DNA of 63,628 nucleotides, counting the filler, from Octopus bimaculoides (taxonomy: Eukaryota): the NCBI RefSeq assembly GCF_001194135.2. It is 10 parts of 7 records of this genome, joined end to end, with 100 filler letters (N's around TTAATTAATTAA, not from the genome) between each part and the next. Parts side by side here need not be neighbours in the genome. Positions count along the whole stretch, not along the records: positions 1 to 9,024 come from NC_068981.1; positions 9,125 to 13,435 come from NC_068988.1; 8 more parts are not named here. One strand, given 5' to 3'. The notes beneath the pieces are model-generated. The model ran no database searches. It had not been told where the DNA came from and saw only the letters and a list, made by a program, of their open reading frames with translations. Position 1 is the first letter of the stretch. Each line of letters opens with the position of its first letter. The position numbers and the translations under genes were made by a program. This document shows, in pieces, positions 1-10,641 of this stretch.

Positions 1-140
1 TGTCTTCAGTTATGGCTTTATTGATCAATAATTGATCTTTACAGCCGTATGAGCCCTTGCAGCATCCCTTCTGCTCTTCTGGAAACAGGTTGTTATTTTC
101 CAGGTGCTTACTCAATCTCTGCGATATTATTGCAGTAAAG
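1..140 (-). mobile_element. R4/Dong-type non-LTR retrotransposon RT fragment
   Basis: Minus translation TAIISQRLSKHLENNNLFPEEQKGCCKGSYGCKDQLLINKAITED matches the EQKG...GCKDQLLI RT motif of R4/Dong elements. Confidence 0.8.
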
Positions 141-170
141 GCTTTATTATTATTATTATTATTATTATCA

Positions 171-201
<31 letters not shown>

Positions 202-808
202 TATTATTATTATTGTGTGTGTGTGTATGTGTGTATTTATGAATGGATCAAAATAGTTTGATTCAAACACTTTGGCACTCTGAGTTCCAAGTCTTCGGCA
301 ATTGAAGTCTGAATGAGAGTTCGATTGAAGAGCGTCAATGCTTACTACTGGACGTTAGCCAGTGGTTGGTCAATTAATGTCACGTGGTGTCGCAGTTTGA
401 TGCTGGTAAAATCAGCGACAGCAATTACTTGGAGAATGCCGCATGTTGAACAGGAAATCGACCGCGTGGTGGATAGGAAATCGGTCGCGTGATGGTAAGT
501 AGGAAGGGGCGGGGTATGTGGAAGTATATATGTATATATGTGCATATGGTTATATCCATATATCTGCGTGTATGCATCCGTACTTATACGAGTCTGTATG
601 TGTGCATAGATGTACATTCACACATCCGCGCGCGAGCGCACACACATACATACACACACACACACAAACGCACACACACACACAAACGCACACACACATA
701 TACATAATTGCAGGCTAATGTCCAGCAGTAAACACTAACTCTCTTCAATCGAATTTTCATTCAGACACCATGTACATAAAAATAATTATACATATATATA
801 TTTCATAC

Positions 809-871
809 CGGGAATTTCCATTTCTTCTATGCGAATGGGTACTACATTATTTGGTGCCTTACTTGGAAATT
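809..871 (-). CDS. Exon C of unknown repeat protein (63 nt, phase 1-1)
   Basis: Minus strand: acceptor tttcatctgttttctttttgcag, donor CCG|gtatga; open frame (E)FPSKAPNNVVPIRIEEMEIP, similar to exon A (P.K.P.NV...EM..P). Confidence 0.65.
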
Positions 872-1694
872 CTGCAAAAAGAAAACAGATGAAACATTTA
901 AAAAATTTAATGTTGACCAATATTTAAATACTTTTACTTATTCTTCCTTCTTGAAAATATTTGCATGAATGGCACTTATCAAAAGCATTAAATATCAATA
1001 TTAAATATTATTTTATACATTTATTCCATTACTAGTTTTAATCAGTGGATATTGGCCAAGTTGAGACACGATTTCAAGGGCTTGATCAATCATATTGTCC
1101 AGAGTACAAATTTCTTTTAAATTCTGGTAGTTTTTTTTTTTTAATTGTTATCTAGTTGTCGAAAAGCAAGTTACAGTACATGAACGTAAAAATGGACAAT
1201 ATGTACAATTTTATCTTTATAAAATTACTCAAAATTCTATTAACCGTTTCGGCTCTGTCTCTCACTTTGATCACTAAATTCATTCAATTTATTATCTAGA
1301 ATTACTACGTTTGGATTACTCCTAGTTCACTCAACAAAGCTATATAGTTTGCTAAACATATTACTTAGATCGTCTAGTCAGATATTTACATTATTTGTTA
1401 TTCAAACAAATCTATAATAACCTCGGTAATTTTCTCAGAATAATGGAAACTTCTCAAACCTGTTTCAGTATGGATGCCAGTAACTCTACGGAAGAGACTG
1501 ATTTTTTCAAATCACATGTACATCAAAGACATCGGAAATACTTAGCTGTAAATTGTTATTACTTTGGTTTTTTACTGGTTTCAGTAACTGATCAGAGACA
1601 AGCTGGTGCACCACCTTGAAGGTTGAATCGACCATATTGATCGCACTAATTCTTTAAAAAAATTTTAAATTATAGAAGCTTTAGAAATTCTTAC

Positions 1695-1772
1695 CTGGAA
1701 TCTCTGCTTCTAGCTTTCGAATGAAAGCTCTATAAGGGTACACAGTTTCTTGTTTTAATTTTACCCCAGTTT
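1695..1772 (-). CDS. Exon B of unknown repeat protein (78 nt, phase 1-1)
   Basis: Minus strand: acceptor ttatttcatgcacgtctttttacag, donor CAG|gtaaga; open frame (E)TGVKLKQETVYPYRAFIRKLEAEIP(E). Confidence 0.65.
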
Positions 1773-3249
1773 CTGTAAAAAGACGTGCATGAAATAAACA
1801 TTTTTGAATATTTTCTACTGTGCAGCATGTTTTATGAAGTTTACGTGAAGATGTTTCCACCTTAACTAAAGACATTGGGCAATAAAATATTTCATTCCAT
1901 TATAGGTCTCAGTAATTAGTCAGTGACCCAGCTCTATGAGGGACTCGTCTCCAAAACGCTATAGGGCAGCGAATCGGCGAGCAAGCAAACTATGTATATT
2001 GACTACGTGTAGTCAATATACATGCGTCTCCTTGAAACGAGCCAATAACCTGCCCTGGTCCAGTTTCTTCCCTAACCCCACCTTACAGCCTGGCTCGTTT
2101 TCCTGCTCCGGCTCACCTGTCACATATGCCCCTACCTCTCTAACACCACCATCCTCACATACACCTATCATCGTCCTTATCACATCACCGACACCTTTGC
2201 TTGCATTTCTGGTAATATTATTTACTGCATTTGTAATGCAATTGGTAGAACTATATACATGTTCAATCTCATGCGGACGTCTCGTGTATAGTTCTGCAAA
2301 TTATATTGCTATAACGATCACACTGATGATTTGCAGACATTTACGTAAGTGGTAACAATGAAACCGGGTTTGTGATTAATCTTTATATTTTGCATCTTTT
2401 CATTTGTCTTGCCCGCTTACGTTCTGGCGTTTGCTGAATTTTCTTGAGAACAATCTTTTCTTAGTGGTCAGACCATAGGTGGTTTTCTTCTAGCATAATA
2501 GATGTCCACTTAGTAGTCATCCCTCTGATATATATATATATATATATAATACTTCATTTAGAGAATTAACATTGCTTGTTTTCACCTTTTCAATATCAGT
2601 GAAGAATGCCACTGGAAAAGAAGATATAAGATTTGCCAGGTTTTTCTCTCTCACCAAGNNNNNNNNNNNNNNNNNNNNNNNNNNNNNNNNNNNNNNNNNN
2701 NNNNNNNNNNNNNNNNNNNNNNNNNNNNNNNNNNNNNNNNNNNNNNNNNNNNNNNNNNNNNNNNNNNNNNNNNNNNNNNNNNNNNNNNNNNNNNNNNNNN
2801 NNNNNNNNNNNNNNNNNNNNNNNNNNNNNNNNNNNNNNNNNNNNNNNNNNNNNNNNNNNNNNNNNNNNNNNNNNNNNNNNNNNNNNNNNNNNNNNNNNNN
2901 NNNNNNNNNNNNNNNNNNNNNNNNNNNNNNNNNNNNNNNNNNNNNNNNNNNNNNNNNNNNNNNNNNNNNNNNNNNNNNNNNNNNNNNNNNNNNNNNNNNN
3001 NNNNNNNNNNNNNNNNNNNNNNNNNNNNNNNNNNNNNNNNNNNNNNNNNNNNNNNNNNNNNNNNNNNNNNNACACACACACACACACACACACACACACA
3101 ACGTTTGTGTGTATGCGCGTTATGTATTCCACTCTACACAATCATACTTTTGTAATAGACAGGTTTGGTGGGGCTGAATTAGACTTTCTGCCTGAATTTT
3201 TCATTTTTCTTTGATAACGTGTGTGTTGTCGAGGCCTTATATTTGCGTT

Positions 3250-4720
3250 ATATATGTTCAAGACAATTGCTTTCATTATTACTATATCTGATAACCAGGT
3301 GATCTAGCAAGCGGGGCCTCATTTCAGTAAGGGGGTTGCGGTGCGCAATGATGCCGTCGACAGGTAGGCTCCGAAACGGCGCGCATTCTCTCCTCATGAC
3401 CCTATACACTTGCGGAGCTTTCGACTGGTAGCACTTGCATGTGCAAGTTATTTGCAGAACAACTAAGACCTTGTGGTAGCTAACCACTGACGTACCGGAA
3501 GTACGGTTAGATATCCTAGAAAGACAAAAGGACTGCTCAGAAAGACAAGCTGACAAGAGGAAAGACTATCGACGCCACGAAAGACTGGCAGTGGCTGCGG
3601 GCTTACAATCCTCGCCTCTGTAACATATTATAACAACTACCAATGAGAATGATAGCCCCATGATTGACCAAGAGGTGGGAGCCGAGAATCAATCAAACTC
3701 AGTTAACATGGAAATAGCCTTGGACATGAATATGGCTATTCCTTCTAACAACGAAGTGCAAGCAACTTTGGATGCAAGCTTGCTGTAGGACCTTTGCAAA
3801 CGAGAGGTACTTAAAGATACATCAAGGAAAGACTTGTAAGAGGAGGACAGAGCAGTGTGGATCAGATGAAATACGTGGCAGATGAAATACGTGGCAAATC
3901 ATCCCCAGACAGGCAAATCATCCACAGCGGATCGATAAATGCTACAGTAAAGTTCTCTTCCCGACAGGAAACTGCAGGCTATGAGACTGGTGCATCAGAT
4001 AGAACTCGGAGGAAACCGTGGGTCTTGTGGCCTGTTACTAATGAGAAAGGGAGATATAAAGAGCTTGAGAACAAGGTATGTCGAGCTCTTTATAGAATGA
4101 CAGGATCTACAGTGGAGAAACTGGGAAAGTTATCAAGCTCAATATACGATACAAGAAAAGAATTATTTGTAGTGAAAGATGGTATCCGATTAGCGAAAGG
4201 AAAGTGTGGACCAAGCAGGAGGATCAGGAAAAATGAAACAGTTGAGGAAGAAAAAGACCAGCCTAAGAAAGCAAGGGAAATGTGCTGAGCAAGACGAAAA
4301 ACCTGGCCTCGCGCAACTGTACGAAGATTTAAAAAAGATATGTCGTTATGTGCAACGGCATATTCGCCAGTATGAGAGAAGGAAAGCAAAAGGATTCATG
4401 AACAGTTTCTGAAGAACTCGTATGGGGAAGCTGTTCAGTGAACCGAAGAGTGGTACTTTATCGTGCACAAAAGAAGAACTGATTGCTCATATCAAGGAAA
4501 CCTACAGCGATCTCAACCGTAACCAGCCACTGCCACCTATAAATAGGCTAAAGCATGTCTTAGAACCTGATATCGAATTTCAAGTTGGGGACATCATGGA
4601 GAAAGAGGTGAATGATTTTGTGAGAAAGGCTAAAGCTAAGAGTGCCCTTGGTGTCTCGTATAAAGTATATAAATATTGCAATCGTCTATGAAAGAAGCTG
4701 TGCAAGTTGTTTGCAAAACA
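3250..4720 (+). mobile_element. HERO-like (RLE-type) non-LTR retrotransposon, degenerate 5' part
   Basis: Zinc-finger-like CCRTFANERYLKIHQGKTC (~3780-3840), then RKPWVLWP...KLGKLSSSIYD, then KLFSEPKSGTLSCTKEELIAHIKETYSD...VRKAKAKSALGVSYKVYKYC, typical of the HERO pre-RT region; frameshifts and stops present. Confidence 0.7.
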
Positions 4721-4790
4721 TCTTTTCTATTACTTTAGTTAATTTCTGTAGACTATAGAAATTAGAGAAATGATGTTTGGAAATCCTTAC

Positions 4791-4868
4791 CTGGAGTGTC
4801 CATTTCTTTTTTGTGAGCGAGTATTATATTACGCAATACATTGGTTGGTCTTTCTTTCGGTTCAACTA
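4791..4868 (-). CDS. Exon A of unknown repeat protein (78 nt, phase 1-1)
   Basis: Minus strand: acceptor tttaatttctcctaccttgtag, donor CAG|gtaagg; open frame (V)VEPKERPTNVLRNIILAHKKEMDTP(E). Confidence 0.65.
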
Positions 4869-5667
4869 CTACAAGGTAGGAGAAATTAAATGTTAAAAAA
4901 GTAGGAAGTTTTTTGTGTATTGGTGTAATTTTCCAGACTGAAAAGATACTTCACTTTCCCCAGAATTTTTAAAAAAAAGTTACAGAGGTTTAAAGTTTGA
5001 TCATTTTTACCCAGTCAGAAAACAGAATTTGGAAGCTGTCATTTTGTGCGTGATAGCGCGTGTCGTCTACTGGAAACAAATGAAATATTGCGAAACTCTG
5101 CTTTACGCACATCATATAGCCCGTCGTAACTCTACTTTTTTGTAATTTTCAGAAAACTTTGCGAATTTGTATTCTACAAGCAGGAATTCATACATTTATT
5201 TAAAAACCAAAAAAAAAAGTTTTCGTGCGTGATCTAAGGCCTATTTAGCTATTATTTTTATCACATATTATACCGCATGTGTTTTATGCATTTAAAAAGC
5301 GACAAAACAAACACGTCGTAAGCAGTTTGGTAACAGCTTGGTTTGTTAATATGGAAACAGACACCTATATATATATGTCTGTACCTTTCGACTGTCTAAA
5401 ATTACTCAAATTTGTAAACTTTAAAAGCTATTAACACTTTATTTATTGATTTATGGCAAAAATGAATTTCATGTCAAAGTTTACTTCACTAATACGCCAA
5501 ATATGAAATCAATTGGAAGAAAAATTTAAGAAAATGAAAAATGGCAGCTAGACAGAAAAGATACAAAGAATATTCTACTGTTCAGTATGAGTTTAATGAG
5601 GTCTTTTGAGAAATTTTTTACATCAAATTTTCCTGCAAATTGCTTTCATATTTTTTTCAATCAAACG

Positions 5668-5880
5668 GCGTGCTGGTAGAATCGTTAGCACGCGGGCAAA
5701 ATACTTAGCGGCATCTACTCTGACTTTATGTCCTGAGCTTAAATTCCGCCGAGGTCGATTTTTCTCTTCATCCCTTCGGGTTCGATGAAATAGGTATCAT
5801 TTGAGCACTAAGGTCGAAGTAATTGACTTACCCCAGCCCCTAAACTACTGGCCATGAGCCAAAATTTGAAACCAATATTA
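5668..5880 (+). mobile_element. tRNA-derived SINE family B (Meta/MESC-like central domain, recalled)
   Basis: ctggtagaatcgttagcacg...aaattccgccgaggtcga...catcccttcggg.tcgat...ccaaaatttgaaacc, repeated ~10 times in the window. Confidence 0.8.
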
Positions 5881-6174
5881 TTCTTTGATTTTACAGGCAG
5901 GCGTGTAGGTGCAGCATTACAAAGAGCTTAAGTGGTCATATCGGTCATATCGAGGTCAGCATTCATGTTTTGAAACCGACACTTACTTTATCAGTCGCTG
6001 AGCATCAAATCGGTGGTTCGAATCGCAAATTTCTGTGACATAAGCATAAATTTGGACACAGGTGCTCGTGCATGCATTTAAAACGCAAATATGAAAAGGG
6101 CATATACACACAATCACACACTTACAGTTGTACATACACGCTTATATATATATATATTCCTTTATTCTTTTACA

Positions 6175-6537
6175 CGTTTAAGTCATTTGACTACAGCCAG
6201 TTCAAGAAATCGATTCTTCATTCTTTGCAAGCCTAGTACTTATTATATCTGTCTCTTTTGTCGAACCACTAAGTTACGGGTACATAAACACACTAACATC
6301 GGTTGTCAAGCGATGGTAGGGGGATAAACACCGACACAGAGACACACACATAAAATATATGTACATATATATATATACAACAGGTTTCTTTCAGTTTCCG
6401 TCTACCAAATTCACTCACAAGACTTTGGTCGGCCTGCGGCTATAGTAGAAGACACTTGCCCAAGATGCCATGCAGTAGGACTGAACCCGGAACCATGTGG
6501 TTAGGAAGCAAGCTTCTTACCACATAGTCACGCTTGC
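6175..6537 (-). mobile_element. tRNA-derived SINE family A (octopus OR-type)
   Basis: Reverse complement of 19667-19983 (…ggttccgggttcagtcc…cttgggcaagtgtcttctactatag…ggtagacggaaactgaaaga…), with internal microsatellite. Confidence 0.85.
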
Positions 6538-6555
6538 GCCTTATACGTATGTGCA

Positions 6556-7425
6556 AGAAAAAATAGCAAAAATGCACATTGAATATCGAAAAACTAAAGG
6601 CTTTTTTATGAAAAGTAGCGATAAATATATACAATTCGATGAACTGAGTGAAAAAATGCGGTCGGCCTAACTATGGCACATGCCCCCACCTTTTGGAGGG
6701 TACAGAGTTCCACTTTAAACAAGGTAAAATATTTAAGATTAAATCAAATTTCACCTGTTCCTCGGAAAACCTAATCTATGCCATTACCTGCTTAAGGTGC
6801 GGTAATCAATATATCGGTCAAACAGGGATATCACTACATCGAAGAACCACTCTTCACAAAGAACAGATCCGTCACCCACAGTATAGAGATACAGGTCAGT
6901 GAACACATAGATAGGTGTGCTAGGAACTTTAATCCTAATTTCCTAATTTTCCCCTTCTATCAATGTTCACAGAACACCTCAGTACAGCAAAGAATGGATA
7001 AAGAAGCAACTTTCATCAATAAATATCATCCACAACTTAACATGAATACAACATAATACAGAACACTACTAACCTTACCAACAATACCACTAACACCCAT
7101 ACATTCCGTACACCATTCATATTACAGTATTATATCAACCCTAATTGCACCACGTCCAGAACTACTTACATTCGTTACACAATCTTTTTACTCAGGGACT
7201 AGTAGACCCACACTTTTTGATAATCGGTACGCATTCAAAGCCAGTGAACAGCAATGACGATACCGGTTTGACTTTAAATCTCTTTAACAATTCAAAGTAA
7301 TGAATTTAATTCCTCTTAATTCTACCTCAGTTCATCTAATTGTATTTATTTATCGCTACTTTTCATAAAAAAAGCCTTTATCTTTTTGATATTCAATGTG
7401 CATTTTCGCTTTTTTTCTTCTTACT
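6556..7425 (+). mobile_element. Penelope-like element 3' fragment (GIY-YIG endonuclease plus tail) bounded by inverted terminal segments
   Basis: ORF 6648-6902 contains IYAITCLRCGNQYIGQTGISLHRR (GIY-YIG); the frameshifted continuation is VSEHIDRCARN...KEATFINKYHPQLN. 6556-6648 is the reverse complement of 7326-7418. Confidence 0.85.
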
Positions 7426-7489
7426 TTCCCCATATATATATAATACACACACACATAGACATGTATGTATATGTACATATTTATATCTA

Positions 7490-8160
7490 TTATACAAAAG
7501 TCAGGGTCTTTACGTGTGTTCCTGTGTTACTTATACATTCGAAAACTACTGCACCGATCCTAATGAAATTTGGAACACAAAATCCAAGCCTAGGGAGAAG
7601 GGTAATGCTGTGTGTTTCATACAATTTCATGGACTAAAATTACTGAATGGATCCTCATGATATTTAGAACTTAGATTCAATGCATAAAGGCGGGTATAAT
7701 GCAATATGTTTGGTTTGAATTTGTGGGGGGCTTAAAGGGGGCAGAACACCCCATGAAAATTCATAAATTTCCGATGTTGATGAAATTTCAACCATAGATA
7801 ATTGACACACATCAAGAAGTATTCCCAAAGTTTCCGCTTCTCATGAGGATTCTAAGACCCCTAATGGGGGCCTTGATTTCCTAATTTTAGTCATTTTTTA
7901 TGATCCAAAACTAGGTCCAAAGTACTGAATGGGTCTTTATGAAATTTGGAAATTATATTCTATGCATAAGGACAGATGTAATGCAGTATATGTTTGAAAG
8001 TGAAGGGGCATAAATGGGGCCATAACCCCAATGAAAATTCATCTATTTTTGTTGTTGATGAAATTTTAACCATAGATATGAGACACAAATGAAGTAATAT
8101 TCCTAAAATTTCAACTTCTTAGGAGTTAGTAATCCCTACATTTTAGTCATTTTTCCTAAG
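7490..8160 (+). mobile_element. Probable non-autonomous Helitron/Helentron-like element with internal ~260-280 bp tandem duplication
   Basis: Starts atctattatacaaaagtc...actactgcaccgatcctaatgaaatttgg (DINE/HINE-like motif, recalled); ~7634-7900 is repeated in diverged form at ~7917-8155. Confidence 0.4.
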
Positions 8161-8371
8161 TCAGGACGAATACAATTGTAGTCTTGGAAGCTGTAGAACC
8201 ACCAAGATGAGCGTTATTTATAATCCAATGGTACAACACTGTAAGAGTTTTCTTTTAGATATACTTAGATTGTGATTTCTGCAATGTGGTGCATAAATTG
8301 TCAAGTATAAGAGAGACATCTTTGCTTCCATTGCTAAGGAAAAACTCTAGTTAGACTGTATCCAAAACATT

Positions 8372-8485
<114 letters not shown>

Positions 8486-8594
8486 AGTAATGTTTTGGAT
8501 ACATTCTAAATTGAGTTTTTTCATTAGCATAGGTAATGCCCATTGACAGACATACATGCATAGATATATACACGCATACATATATGCATACATA

Positions 8595-8757
8595 TACGAC
8601 GGGCTTCTTTCAGTTTCCGTCCACCAAATCCGCTCGCAAGGCTTTGGTCGGCCCAGGTCTATACTAAGAGATACTTGCCCAAGGTGCCACGCTGTGGTAC
8701 TGAACCCAAATCTATGTGGTTGGGAAGCAAACTCCTTACCATACAGCCATGCCTGCG
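8595..8757 (-). mobile_element. SINE family A, 5' half
   Basis: acgacgggcttctttcagtttccgtc...cttgcccaaggtgccacgc shared with the other copies. Confidence 0.8.
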
Positions 8758-9124
8758 TCTATGGTCACATTTTTACGATTATTGCTGCCATCATTGACTT
8801 ATTATTATTATTTTATGTTTGACTTTTGTTTTGCATTTGTACAAGTTGGATCCAAGTCTCACCCAGAGACCTCAAGAGACAACAAGTTAGAAGTTCATGT
8901 AGGTGTTATGCCTAGGGTACCATATATTTGGATTTGTACAGTTTTGTTCAAGTGAATGTTTAAGAAACCATAAGAAAATTATGTGTTTGCTTTAAAATCT
9001 GAGATCACATAGACAGTATTTTACNNNNNNNNNNNNNNNNNNNNNNNNNNNNNNNNNNNNNNNNNNNNTTAATTAATTAANNNNNNNNNNNNNNNNNNNN
9101 NNNNNNNNNNNNNNNNNNNNNNNN

Positions 9125-9660
9125 ATGATTGAGTTATCTTCTGTTTCCTTAATTTCAAAGAATTCCATAAGGCGGAGGCGGCGGCTAAAGTTGTCTATAT
9201 CAGTTTTTAGTTCTATGAGATTTGGTGTGGGTGTGGGTGTAAATTTGAGGCCTTTTAATAGTAGGTTCATTTCACTTTTGCTAAGTTCTCTTTTAGATAG
9301 GTTTATTATTTTGGGGTCTATGTGTTTCGTGTGTACATTTGTAATCTTTGGTGTGTTGGGTCTAGAGTATTGTTGAGGTATCCTTTCTCTAAAAAATGGG
9401 TTGTGTTGTTGCGTCTCCAAATTCAATTTTCAGGTTTTAGGTTTTCTTGTAGGGGCAGGGGTGGATAAAAAACAACCACCACCATCAAAACAATACAAAC
9501 ACACAATATGAACCATTCAACTACCTAAAAGAAAACCTGAACCCCAGGAATGGAAATAGGCCCAACAAATACAGAAGATGGGAAGAAAACAACTACCGCA
9601 GACAAGACAACACAGACAGACCATACAGACCACCCCTGCCCCTACAAGACAACCTAAAAT
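9125..9660 (-). mobile_element. Penelope-like element N-terminal/pre-RT fragment with internal inversion
   Basis: Minus translation NLSKRELSKSEMNLLLKGLKFTPTPTPNLIELKTDIDNFSRRLRLMEFF is the conserved PLE pre-RT motif; 9434-9464 is inverted-repeated at 9630-9660. Confidence 0.8.
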
Positions 9661-9824
9661 CTAGACACATACATAGAGACAATCTCCAAATTCCCTGTCA
9701 GCACACATAAATTTAATATGTGACATTAATAAAAATCTGTAAATGTACAAACATCCAGGTTTCTGAGTACCTTAATTAAAATTTTTTTCTATATAATTTC
9801 TGTATATCACCTCCAAACCTTCAA

Positions 9825-9877
<53 letters not shown>

Positions 9878-10411
9878 TTATAAATGAAACATTCAAACAC
9901 TGAGATTTGAAGTTAGATGTCACTACTGTTCATATCATCTGTGGATAAATTCTAAATTTGATGATATCACCAGTAGTGGCATCGGTGGAACGCAGTTATA
10001 ATAGCTTTAAACAGCTATGAATTATAAATTTGCACGAAGCGTAATGATGCTTAATGAGCATCTACCCGCTTGAAATATATATATATATATATATATATAG
10101 TAAACCAGGTTTATCAATCAACATTAGCTCTTCAGCAATATCAGAATTCGCCAGCGTATATGCACTCGAAAGACGCTATTTAACAATATCACACTTCCAC
10201 CAACTATCAACTACTAATAATATAAATTAATGCGCAGTTTTTATTAAGTGAAAAAATACAATGTAGGTGCCATACACAGAAATTACGTTAAAACAATGAA
10301 GAAAATCAGTTACCTCCACCACCACTTTATCATATGTCATTAATTAAAACAAAATAGATTGTTTTTTGGCTAAACATAAAAAAAAAAGAACTGGTATAAC
10401 TAGCGTACATA

Positions 10412-10641
10412 CAGTGTTGGCCAAAAGTCATCTGACAGTAAATGAAGACCATTTAATTTGAAGATTTATTTATGTTTAACAACTGAATGAATTTAATAAA
10501 AGCATCTAACCATGAAACATCATGAAAATTATTCAGACTGATGTTCTTGCGTGACACATTTTTCCATTCGAGTCAATACAGAATTACAGATAGTATTTAT
10601 GAAATTTCTATTTAATGTTGGGTGACTTATGGCCAACCCTG
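10412..10641. mobile_element. Tc1/mariner-derived MITE (230 bp)
   Basis: TA|CAGTGTTGGCCAAAAGTCATCT at left; the right end reverse-complements to TA|CAGGGTTGGCCATAAGTCACCC. TA target duplications on both sides, no ORF. Confidence 0.8.

Noticed and set aside
809-871. Reading as two microexons (863-871 and 809-826)
   Set aside because: It would need a 36-nt intron; the single 63-nt exon is open and fits the repeat pattern.
2586-2611. Candidate 26-nt minus-strand exon (AFFTDIEK)
   Set aside because: Phase 1 to 0, breaks the frame between exons A and B; adjacent to a gap, so unresolved.
5011-5069. Candidate extra minus-strand exon (VDDTRYHAQNDSFQILFSDW)
   Set aside because: Good acceptor, but it ends in phase 0, incompatible with phase-1 exon A, and lacks the repeat motif.
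5897-5954. Possible WD-like plus-strand exon (...TKSLSGHIGHIE)
   Set aside because: Only a GH dipeptide resemblance; it does not align in register with recalled WDR86 and has a weak donor.
9069-9080. TTAATTAATTAA embedded in N runs (also 13480, 16203, 18263, 33589, 48356, 54141, 60480, 62016)
   Set aside because: Always centred in 100-base gaps; a palindrome with stops in all six frames, so a scaffolder spacer rather than biology.
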